From: Klebsormidium nitens
Taxonomy: Eukaryota > Plantae > Klebsormidiophyceae
DNA: 53,265 bases
Assembly: GCA_000708835.1 (NCBI GenBank)
Contig: DF237544.1
Span: forward strand, 1 to 53,265
Reading direction: 5' to 3'
Positions 1 through 11,000 of the stretch are shown in pieces. A model generated the notes under the pieces. It was given only the letters and a program-made list of their open reading frames with translations, searched no databases and was not told where the DNA came from. Both the position numbers and the translations under genes were made by a program. The stretch's first letter is position 1. Every line of letters begins with the position of its first letter.

Positions 1-300
1 AAAGACGCAATTTTTCTGAGAGGCGCTCTTGCTGAGGTGATCCCAAGGCGTGCTGAGAAGCTTCGCATGGTTTCCGCACATGTGAAGTAGACAGGCAGCG
101 TGTGACCCTGTCCAACCGTCACAGCAGCGGGTTCCATGGAAGGTACCCCTGCACCACCAGCTGCAGCTGCAGTCGCCCTTTGCTCCTCCAGTTGGGCCTG
201 CATATGCTGCATCTGGCCTGCCATTTCGGCGACCACCCCTGTGAGCTGGCCGATAGCTGCTTGAAGAGCAGCTCCACCTTGAGCTCCGGGGTCGACCGTC
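1..300 (-). mobile_element. 5' part of the internal region (gag-like N-terminus) of an LTR retrotransposon, running off the left window edge
   Basis: An open minus-strand frame reads TTVDPGAQGGAALQAAIGQLTGVVAEMAGQMQHMQAQLEEQRATAAAAGG... about 110 nt downstream of the PBS. An in-frame TAG lies just upstream of it, so the start is uncertain or degraded. Superfamily cannot be determined from this piece. Confidence 0.5.
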
Positions 301-410
301 GTCTACCATGGCGTTGGAAGAGGGAAGCTCACAGAGAAGGCAGAAACGGAGGGAAAAGCAGAGAAGAAGGTAGGTGAGCTGAGGAAGAGAGAGAGAAGGA
401 AGCTAAACCC

Positions 411-419
411 CTGATACCA
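411..419 (-). promoter_or_regulatory. Primer-binding site complementary to the tRNA-iMet 3' end (TGGTATCAG)
   Basis: Plus strand ctgatacca is TGGTATCAG on the minus strand, one base from the LTR terminal CA. Confidence 0.8.
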
Positions 420-420
420 A

Positions 421-805
421 TGTAATCTCAGGCTAATTTCATAAGGAAATTGGAGACTTATACACTAGTAGGGAGCTTAGCGGGAAGAGCGGAGCTCGAG
501 AGTTGAGAAACTTGCTAGAGATTGGATGCCTCAAAGTGACTTGGAAACCAGGAATGAGGTCTTACACGGTGGAGAAGTCCAGCTTTATAGTTGAGCGCAG
601 CAAAGCTGCAGCTTCAGTCACAAGTTGCAAGATAACATAACAAGCAAGACTAGCAAGCGTAGATAAGCAGACTTAACGGTCAAAAGCAGCAAGTGACCGT
701 TAAGCAATGGCGACACAGCAAGCATCGAACGGTGCAGAAGTGCCACGTCAACCCTATAAGGGTCGTGGCGACAGAATATACAATAAGATGATGCCACGTG
801 CTACA
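421..805 (-). mobile_element. 5' LTR (~385 bp) of an LTR retrotransposon
   Basis: Starts tgtaat and ends gctaca (TG...CA) next to the PBS. Minus-strand TATAAA at ~583-588 and an 11-bp perfect inverted repeat at 672-704. The right boundary is inferred from TG..CA only because the partner LTR is outside the window. Confidence 0.65.
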
Positions 806-1172
806 GGTTCTGTGCATGTTCGACTTTTAGAATGAGTGATCTGCACATTCAACCTAGTTCACCACTCTCGCTCGCCCGATTCTCAATCCGAACTTGGCCC
901 GACCGGGTACGTGCTGGTCACGATCCTAAATTCCCGATTTACAGTGCATTTGGCATGTTTCCGCATCCCTAGTTGCCAGTATTCTGAGCAGCTGGCTCAG
1001 CTCACTCAAGAGGAGTGCCTGCTGGCAGTGCACCTTTTGAGGTCGCAAACTTCCAGGAGTTTGTTTAGCTCTCGCGTTTTTGGCGCCCTTGTGCAGGCTG
1101 TTGCTGTTGTGCACTCTGGTGATCAGCGAGCGAGAGAGATTGAGCTGTTAGCGTGCCCCTGCTAGATTAGAG

Positions 1173-3327
1173 ATGGAGTTCTTGAGGAGGTGTTCAGGCT
1201 TGACGCGATTTGAGGAGGAGTTAGTTGCTCAGAGTAGGAGGTTGGTAGGAGAGGCTATTGGTCTTGGGGAGAGGATTTCACTTCAGGTTTCCAGAGCCAC
1301 CGGAGACGCTGTTGTTAACGGGTATCAGTCTATCTTCTCTCCTGCCCCTCTCTCGCAGTCTCCTTCTCTTGCCACCAGCCAGGATGACGAGGTCCTCGCA
1401 AGCAGCGCCCTTCTCCAGGAGCAGCACACTTGCGAGGAGACCTCTGAGACACAGGGACCTGCGCACACTCATGATCCTTCTTTTGACCTGGTCCCTGAGT
1501 CCTCATCCTTGGCTCTTCCTGGCTTGGCTGGCGCACTCCCCTCGTCGCCTCCTCTTTCCAGCAGCCAGGACATCTCCGCTCACAGCCCTCAGCTCGCAGA
1601 GCAGCAGACTCTCAGAGAGGACAAGTCAGATGCGCAGGGACCTGAACAAAAACACGACGCTTCTGAAGTTGCGGTCCCTGCTGCTCTTGATTACGAGCTG
1701 GTCTCCTCTGCACTGCTTGCAAGTAATGACGTGTCCAGTCCGCTGTTTGAGCGAGGTCTGTTCGGAAGCGCTGAGGGGGCACTGCCTGTAGGTGGGGAAG
1801 AATCCTTTGATAGGGAGGAGGGTTCAGGCAGTGTGGGGTCTCAGGAGTTGGTTTTGGCAGAGCCGAGCGAGGCGGCCTGCCGTGTTGAGGAGCTGGAGGG
1901 ATGGGAGGTTGATCATGGGGATGGGGCTGGGGGTGCGGTTTTCAGAGGCAGGGAGCAGGGCAGCACAATCCAGGACCTTGACGTGCAGAGCCTCTCCCGC
2001 ATCATGAGCTGCTTGGGGAACGCCTCCCTCCAGGCCTGCTCTCTGGTGTGCCGCGAATGGCTGGTTGTTTCCAACGACACCAGAGACTACTTGACTCTGT
2101 GTGGAGGCCCCCAGGTTGCCAGACTTCCCAGGATTGTCGCCCGGTTCTCTGACCTGCGCTTCGTCATGTTTAAGGATCTCGTGAGAAGCTCAGGGGAGGG
2201 CCAAGGTCTTGTGACAGCCAGCCTGGATGACGCGTCACTTCGGTTGCTAGCACAGAGCTGCCCGCGTCTTGTCCGCCTGAGTCTGGTCCACTGCGGTGTC
2301 GTCTCAGATGAGGGGCTGGCTGCTGTCCTGACGGGATGTCTGGAGCTACGAACGCTGCGCTTGGATCGCTGTGAGGGGTTCCGCGGCAAAGCCTTCGAGG
2401 GGGTAAAGTGCAAGTTGGAGGAGCTCTGTCTGTTCTCTTGCACTGGGCTGAAGAACATCGGCCTCTTGGCAGCGGGAAAAGCGTGTCCCGCGTTGCGAAC
2501 GTTTGATCTCAGGGCGCAGGGGGAGAGGGCAGACCTGGGGGCAGGCCTCAAAAGGGTGGCGTGGCACTGTGGGAAGCTTGAAAAGCTGTTCCTGCAAGCC
2601 TGCGGGACCACAGATCTGACCCTGCGCGAGTTTGCGATCCATTGCCCCCAGTTGACTTGCGTTGCAATTATGAGCGAGCCGGACATCACCGACTCGGGCG
2701 TTTGGTCGCTTCGATGCCACTTGCGGAGCTTGGAGCGCCTCACCCTGTTGAAGAATGACCAGCTGATGGAGATTCCACGCAGCGGGTGAGTACCCTGGAC
2801 AATGCTCAAGGCAAACGTGGCGAGGTGCTTGTTCCACTTAGAAGTCATGATGGTGCCAGCTTGATGTTACGAGCCCTCTTATCTGCTCGATTTGCTGTAG
2901 CTTTCTCGTGGGTGAATTCGCTGGCCTCTCAGCTGCCCTCTCTGGTGCATCTTGGTTTTTTATGCTCAAGTTAGATTCTTCATTACATTGCAGGCGGTTC
3001 CTGCGACTGAAGAGCCTGGGGATCGGGCGCTTCTCTCGCACGCCCGACGACATGCTGCGACGGCTCGCAAAAGAGGCCAGCTTGGAAGACCTGCGGATCA
3101 TCAGCTGCCGTACTTTGACGGATGCCACAGTTAGGAAGATCCTTCTTGATTGCCGCCACCTCACTCGCTTCGTCATTGCGGACTGCGAGCTTGTGACGTC
3201 AGAGATTCTAACGGCTTACAAAGAAAGTAACAGTAAGGCGCGATTAATAATCAGGGATTGCAAGGGCGTGCTGGCGGAAATGGTGCCTGCAGAAATGCTG
3301 TCTTCAGGCAAAGTTGTCTTAGAGTAG
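1173..3327 (+). CDS. F-box/LRR-repeat protein (FBXL-A), join(1173..2785,2994..3327), 648 aa, with a ~270-aa Ser/Glu/Pro-rich N-terminal extension
   Basis: F-box-like LDVQSLSRIMSCLG..LQACSLVCREW followed by Cys-containing LRRs (CPRLVRLSLVHCGVVSDEGL, CPQLTCVAI..ITDSGV). Donor GG|GTGAGT at 2786 and acceptor TTGCAG|G at 2993 join both ORFs in frame. Confidence 0.9.
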
Positions 3328-5099
3328 AAGTATATATCAGGATTAGGAGTATATGGGAATCGAGCAGGTGCTGGAAAATGCACGGCAAGTCATAGGAAAA
3401 GCAGGAACAATTCTAGAGTAGAAAATGTTGCATAGTATATCATTTTATTATGACAAGCCCATGGGCTGAGCTGTATATAGACTTAAAGTTTTAGAGTCGA
3501 CGGCGACTGTCTACAGGACGTGCCTGCGTTATTCCAATGACTGCTGAGTGCGTGTTTTGCAAATATATCGAAGCTCCTGTTGTGTTTGTGCACTTGGGCC
3601 GCGTCGCACTGGAAAAGATGCAAGACTCAGCGGAAGCTATAAGCAAGCTTCGATCAATGATCATGAAAATTGAAACTGAGGGAAACTTTTTGCACGCGCC
3701 GCGTTGGCATGGTGACAATTACCCCACATGCTTGGCACATGTGCATTAACATGGAAAGTATATACGTAGAGTTACTTGTCAACCGTCGCTATAAGTTGCT
3801 CATGCGTGCATTGTATCTTAAAAGCTCGAAATGACAGTACTAGGCGCGCGCGATAAGTGCCCAGCATTCGGGACGATTCAGTTGGGCATTTGTTGTATGA
3901 GCTGAGCTTCGATGAGTCGTACCTCCAATGGTATAGAAGCAAGTTTTTACATTGTGATGCTCACATGCTTGCTAGTAACTTGATGCCTACTAAATCATGC
4001 ATATATGTATCAGAAGGCATCGGCGTGAGCTCGCCTAGAGCACACATCATTGCTAGCCCCCACAACAGATTGTATGACCTTTTAAAAAAAAGTATTGAAG
4101 CATGATTAGGGTATCACACCACGCCCACCCTGCGTGTCGATCCGGCCGAAGTCCATGATCGTTGCAGGAAAGAATCAAACTTAGGTTGCTCGTCCGCGTC
4201 TACTTGCTTCTTGACTTTACAGAGCACTATCTTGTGTCAATTGTTAAAGAGGCTTTGCAACGCCGGTTATATGCTACCGGTAGCAGTGATGACTGCACAT
4301 AATCAAGAGGGAATTTGTCCGCGCAGTCCACCACCGTAAGTCATATCCTGGTACCGGAGCTGCCGTCATGAATCACGAGAATCATCCGGTACCCACCCTA
4401 ACAAAACTCTCATCTTCAATCACCGTCCCGATTCTATAAAGGTGGCCTACAAAGGAAAATCTACGAACTTTTGTAAGGAGTCCTTCTGTACTGTACTCCT
4501 AAGCTTAAAGAAAGTAAACTACTTCCAGTATTCCTATAGCTAGAAACTAGGTGGAGGGCTCTGCCGGCTGTCGCTAAAGCTGATGTATTATATATCTGAC
4601 CTTTTCTGTTTGCACGCGCTTCAAACGTCTTGGCAAGCGGTTTCTTTCTGCCTGCACAGCAAGGATAATGCGTGGAGCTCAGCACTTGTCAGGATACGTG
4701 ACGTTCCGTGCAACCTCATACTGCAGATCCAACCTGCTTGTACGGTTGCCTTTATTGGGGTTGAGCCGATCAAGCAAGCCTCAAGTCCGGACCAGGCACA
4801 TGCCAAAAACGTCCATAACGAGAGAGAGAAGAAAACAAAGACTGCCAGAGTCCTTTCAAAGACTCTTCGCTGTTGCCAGGCCACGTTTCTCATTTGCTCG
4901 CGACTCGAAAAACGCCCAGATTGGATTCTCTGACATCTCGCTGTGCTGGTAAGCCCCTATACGTCAAAGTTGCAGCATCTCCTGTCAAGGCCAAAGTAGC
5001 ACCTCAAGAGACATAAAGAGTCGTGACAAGAGATGTCAGGCAAGGGGAATCCGATAAAAGTACTGAGAATTGTACGACAATAAGGAGAAAGTTGCTCAC

Positions 5100-8000
5100 C
5101 CGCTTGCCGCAGCCTCTGATGGGCCGCTTCCGTCTCCCCACCCAGTTGTCGCCTCGGCAAAGTCCGCTTCACTCGGGCAGATGGCCCGCTTACCAGCCGT
5201 GGACGTCTGCGTTTAGCAGGAAAAGAGGTCATGAAATATTGAGCAGACAGCGAGGTGACTAGAGCGCACCGCCAAAATCCGCAACAGCTTCCGACATATT
5301 TCCAATTCATTTCGCCCGGTTGCTGGCTCCAGGCGGGCTGGGAGTGGCAAAAAGACTGCCGCGAAGTTCCGCCAACAGAGAACTTGAGCAATTTTCAGAC
5401 TCTTCGCAACGCTGAAGGACGCGTTTCATGCACTTGACTAGGATTCTTTGCTGTTAGAGCTCGAGGCTATGGCTAAAGACAGGCGCCATTCCTGAATGGT
5501 CTAAGAGCAAAATAAAGAAGAGTAAGCCTGCCAGAGTACAAAGCGATTATGTGTTTTAAGATTGTAGTTCAACCCATACAAACGGTGCGGCCAAAAACGA
5601 ACCTGGATGATTCGAAGTCCCAGAGTCCGAGGGTTTGCAAGAGAAGATTTGAGGGGCTCAATCTCGTGACCGCTTGCTTTCGAAGAGCGTATTCTAAAGG
5701 ATAGATCTTGCAGAAAGTGAGAGACGCGATTTGACGCACCTTGGTTGAGGCTTCGATGGGTGGAGTAAGTGCAGTCCTGCGCGCGCTTTCGGGGCCACCG
5801 AGCAGCTCATGGAGCCGCTCCAGCTGCAATTGCGGATGCACAATCAGAGGTAGAAGTGGGTGGAATGTATCATTGGAGGCTCGGCTGCATGAGCGACTCG
5901 TTGCTTGCTCGGCATACCAACATTAGATCCAAGTTACGTAGACCGAAGCCGTCATAGGACAGCACGATAAGATCGCTTACGAGATACTCTCAGAATTCGA
6001 AGAAGGGACGGCGGAGCCCACCTCGAGAATCAGGTCGGGAAGAAAGGGCGCCGCGGAGGGTATCTGCTCACAGGATAAAGAAGAACTCAAGGGGACATCA
6101 ATCGGATGATAGAAGCGTCTGCGTTTTGCGACAAGACACAGAACAACAGCTGCAAGGATCAAAGTAGGAACCAGACAATGTGTGGCCGACACCGTCAAGG
6201 GACTCTCACTCTACGCACGTATCATAGCAGCGCAAGCAGTTCAATGTATTGGTCCAAGAGATTACGATGTGACATGGTTTTGTCATTAGGGGCGTCTGGG
6301 AGGAAAGAAAAGTTGGTGTTCAAGCGAGGGCAAGTGGCTGCTACTGAAGCTTGTACGCTGGCAACAAGGTTCAGAAGACCGGCTCGCCACAAGTAGAGGA
6401 ACGAGTTTCGGGCTTAGCTCCCTTGCCTGAGCTTGAAGGTCAGCCAACAACCGCTCGATGTGATCATTGGCCACTTGGATCTGCACAGGCCACGGCGGGG
6501 GTTAGCACAGGGGCACGGCGGTTGTGTTTGAAAGTAGCCCGCGCAATATGCTCTGTCAATGGACTCCACTACATCTTGCAAGGGGCAAAATGACGTCACT
6601 CCGTGCTCTTCTGACGCCCTCGGGCATAGAGACGCACCTACTGAGATGGAGGGTCTGGACGGGGATGTTATATGTAGGAGGAATGTCAAGTTATGCGGTT
6701 ATGCTTCGGCTTTGAGACGACAAGTCTTACCTGGGTCGTGAGATGGCAGACCTGGTCGTGCAACCTCGCCTGCAAGAAGCGAGGCGCCCAGAATCAGAGC
6801 AAGCTCCTAAAAACCATAATTCATGGACTTCTCAACAGATCAGGAACCGCGATTCAATAAGCAAAGTTCTCTTTCATCAGAGAAGACTGTTCAGCAGACC
6901 CAGGATCTGTGATTCATGGCGCAAACCACCGGCTCGCCTCCTTGACTGAATTTGCGGTGATGCAACCTAACATTGAAGAGGCCGCCCTGCAGGATAAGCA
7001 AAGGCTCGCAGTGTTTGCCCGCGAGCAGCGGGACGGTCGCCAGTGACTCGCCGTCAGGAACATGATTGAGGTCGACAATAGCAGGAAATAAGCAGATAAG
7101 AAACTTGCCTCCCGATCGCCAGCGGACATGTTCTGCAGAAGGGTCATCTCCTCTACCCTCTGCGGAGATGAGAGGGAAACAATTGAGTGCTTGAAACGAG
7201 AACCGAAACGAGCGATGGCAGGAAGGATCGAACAACCTAGCCGTGCCAGGGTCGAAGGGTTTCCTTATTGGTCTGACTCCATACTTCCGCGCGAGTCAGG
7301 TTGCCACATATTGGTCTTTAACAACGACCCGGCTCGAATCAGTAACCGATTCCCAAAAATCAAGTGCAACATAGAAAGGAGGAGCAGCTCTACGGTGCAC
7401 CTAGTCGGACTGCGCACACAATCCTTCCACAAAGGTAGGGACGCGCTGTCAGGTGCCGACCTGCTTCGCACGCTTGAGCTCGTCCTTCTTGACCCGCAGC
7501 TCGCTCTCCAGTGTGGCCGCTTTCTCCCGCTCCTCGTTCAATTGTTCCTTCAGGAAATTCCCGACAACCAGCAGCCGCCTCTCTGCCGACTCCGCGGCCG
7601 CCGTGGCGTCATTCGCCTTCGTCTACGAAAAAGCAACGGCAAACAAAGGTTATCTGCGGAACCGAGAACGACCGAAACAGGAGAAGCACCAAAGGTTGAC
7701 GTTTGACGAAGTAGCAGAAGGCTCACAAAACCCAGTGCAGTCGCCTTTTCATTGATGACAGAATACGTAAAAGGCAGCGACCAGGTTTATAGCACCCGGG
7801 GGATCCCCCAAAGACAGGCGCCGTGCGTTCCGCTCACCCCAAGGTCCGTTGCCAGCTGCCTCATATCGGACAGTTGCAGCTGAATTTGGTCAGGGGTGGC
7901 GTCTGGCAGCTCTGCAGAGGCCTCGGTCAAGGCGGCAGCTTCCTTGAGCTCGCGGGTCAGCTTGATGACCTGCCGCACAGGGAGCGAGAGCGCAATTTTG

Positions 8001-11000
8001 GTAGGTAAAACGAGGCGGTGGCAGTGTTGACTTCTTAGGAAAGCGGCGCCTTTGTACGGATGGTACAAAATACGAGCCGCTGGTAATCTTGCCGGTAAAA
8101 CTTCGCCTCTTTTTAGTTTACTAGGCTCAGGGGTTGAGCTTCCTTCCTTGCCAATCGGAAACCGGCTTTTTCGCAAATTCTCTCGTTCTCTTCCAACTTC
8201 CCAAAATATGCTTTCAGTTTTAGCTTCTCCTGATCCAGCGTCTCTTCGTGTGACTCTCACCTGAATCTTCGCCGCCCGGACCTCAGACTCCCGCTCCGCC
8301 ACCGTGCGCGCCGCCCGCTCTAGTTCTTCCCTCGCCGCTTCCAGCTTCTCCTGCTCCGCCAGGACTACCGCCGTCTGGGCGCACTTGTCCGCGCGCAGCA
8401 TGTCGAGCTCTTCGTGGAGGCGCGCGCTGTCCCCCTCCAACCCCGCAATCTCCTCGCGCAGGTCGCCCTCCCGCGCCGCGGCCGCGTCGCGTTCTGTCGC
8501 GGCCGCGATGCGCTCCGCCTTGAGCTGCGCGGCCGCTGCCGCCTCGACCATCTTGAGGCGGTCGGCTTCCTCCTCCAGTTCGGCAACCCAGGAGATTGCA
8601 GCGGCTAGCGAGCTCTCCAACTTCAACACCTGTACAAGAGGGCACGTGGCAGGAAGTGAAGCTTCATTGAGACTGGATCACCGGTGCACGTTGGCAGTGG
8701 CACCGAAGGCCCGATTGGCATTGCCGGAGTTTTCACGAAGGGATACAGAAGTTTGGAAAGCGTGTCCTGATTGCTGCCGCTTTCGGAGCAAGACAATGTT
8801 TCCCACTTGAAACATCACGTGTCGAATCGTCATTTTGTCAGAGTGTAGGGTTAGAAGGCACCAGATCAGATTCGCAGGTTCGAGACGCAGACTTCGCGAA
8901 GGAGGAACAAAAATTTGGATCGGTAGACTAGAACACCTCGAAGTACCAAGCTTAAAGCTCTGCCACCTCTCACCCGTGCCTCCGCGGCCGCCGCCGCCCT
9001 CTCGCTCTCGCGCGCGCGCTCCGCCAGCTGCGCCCTCTGCGCGGCCGCCGCGGGCCGCCCCTCCTCCAGAGCGCTCAGCGCCTCGTCGGCCATCCGCAGG
9101 AGCGCAGCGTGTTCGCGCTCCAACTGCGCAAGCTGCGCTGAGAGCGCCGCGCACTCCTGCTTCTTCGCCGCGAGGGCGACGCGGCAGTGCGCGAGGTCGT
9201 CCTCCAGCCCGGCACTGTGCGCGACGGCTTTCTCGCGCACCCTCTCCAGCTGGTCGGTGTCGAAGGGGGAAGAAGGCGAAGGGGGGCACGAAAAAGTCGT
9301 CTGTAGCCAAGACAAAGGGATGGCGTCAGATCAAATTGAAGTTTACTTACTCAAATAGTGACCTTTTTCAGACGGCGTCGACTTGATTATTCAGGGATGG
9401 ACCGAGAACAGTCTGCTGTTGGCGTATCTCGGTGGGGCCTTCCATGCAGAGTCTTGCAGACAGCGCTGACCTGAAAAGACAGTAAGGCTACATCGACAGG
9501 GCCTGGTGCCTAGGCTAAATTGTGTTGGAATCCAAGTTCCGCAGCCTGGGCCGGAAGAAGGCGATGGTTTGACAGACCCCTTTAATGCAGGTCAAAATCC
9601 TTGTCTTTGTTGGGCGTCGAAAAACGGTCTTCGTTGGGCGTCGAATCAGTTTTCAGAAAATGCGTTTGAACATCACAGCAACGGGCGTATTTGAACACTA
9701 TCCTCTACTGTGCCGATCCAAGGGCCCTTTACAATTCAGTATATGAACGAAGAGTGACAGCCTTTCAACGACGAGGTCCCGGACTTCAAGCGGGCCAGAA
9801 ATCCTGGTCGAGGGGCCCACCTTGGCGCGGGCCAGCAGCGCGTCGTGCTGCTCCTTGAGCTGGCTCGCTGTCTCCGTCATGAGCAGCTGCGCTCGCTCTA
9901 CCTCGCGCAACTTTTCGCCAGTTTCCTCGCGCAACTCGGCCAGGGATACGTCCGTCACATTTGCAAGTTGTTGGTGCCTGCAAAGGAGCATACGGGAGAC
10001 TCAGGGCGCCATACCACGGACAGAGCCGACCTTATCATGCACTCAAATTTGCAACGACTTGATTTTGGGCCGGATCCTTGAATGCCATTCAAAGGGTCCT
10101 TTAGAATCATTCGGCAAGGCGAGGTCGATTGCAAACTCAAGCTACTCCGAACGTGAACGGAGAATTGATGCACTGATAAGGCGGGTTTGACCGCAAGTCG
10201 GAGCACGTTCACACAGAAACGGGGGCACAAGGACAAACGTGGCACAACCGTGAAACATCATGAGGTTGCAGCCTTCCGTGTGGAGTACTGCGGTGGAACC
10301 CGAGCACACTACTCTGATTACAACTCCAGCGCAATGCAACCCATCCTAAAGATTCTGGATTCAACGAGCGAAACATTTTTTTCGGAAGACTTCTATATGC
10401 TTTGCTCACGAGCAGTCAGGCCAACCGTCAGCCACTCGAAATGGTCAATCCCGCCTCACCTCGCGAGCAGCTTCTGGATGACAGCTGTTGCCCTCTCCAT
10501 CTCCAGGACCGCCGGCTCGTGCACCTCCTGCGGCGTGCGCAGCAAATGTCCGCGCGCGTCGGTCGCCGCCCTCTTGTCGCCGCGCGCGCGCGCAATCTCC
10601 GCCGAGGGAGTCTGCACGGGCGCGGGCGTGGTGCCCGCGCGCGCCGCCAGCAAAGCGCGCTCGAGCTCGCGCGCAGTCTCCTGCTGAACAGCGCTCGCCG
10701 CCTCCGATAGTTCCACCTGGGAGCAAACGAAGGGGTCACTCGATCGGTCTGTGGAAATGCAACTCGACGCACCTTCTGCTGATTGAGTTTGAACCGAGGT
10801 GTGACACTTAGTACAAACCGGGCCACATCATCGACATCAAGATTTCGGGCCTTCGACAAGATGGGTATCAAGGGTGCGATCTACCTCTTTCATCCAAGCG
10901 GTCAAAACGTCCTAGCTCGGTCGAAGACGAGCGACGTCCAACTGTTTTCTTTCAGAAGTCGCTCTCCCGGCATTTTCACCCAGAGGGGTCAATGCAAATC

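Noticed and set aside
4107-4401. Possible MITE bounded by TTAGGGT...ACCCTAA
   Set aside because: Only a 7-bp inverted match, with no target-site duplication.
7128-7706. 192-aa plus-strand ORF
   Set aside because: Antisense to CC-X exons and introns, with no recognisable features.
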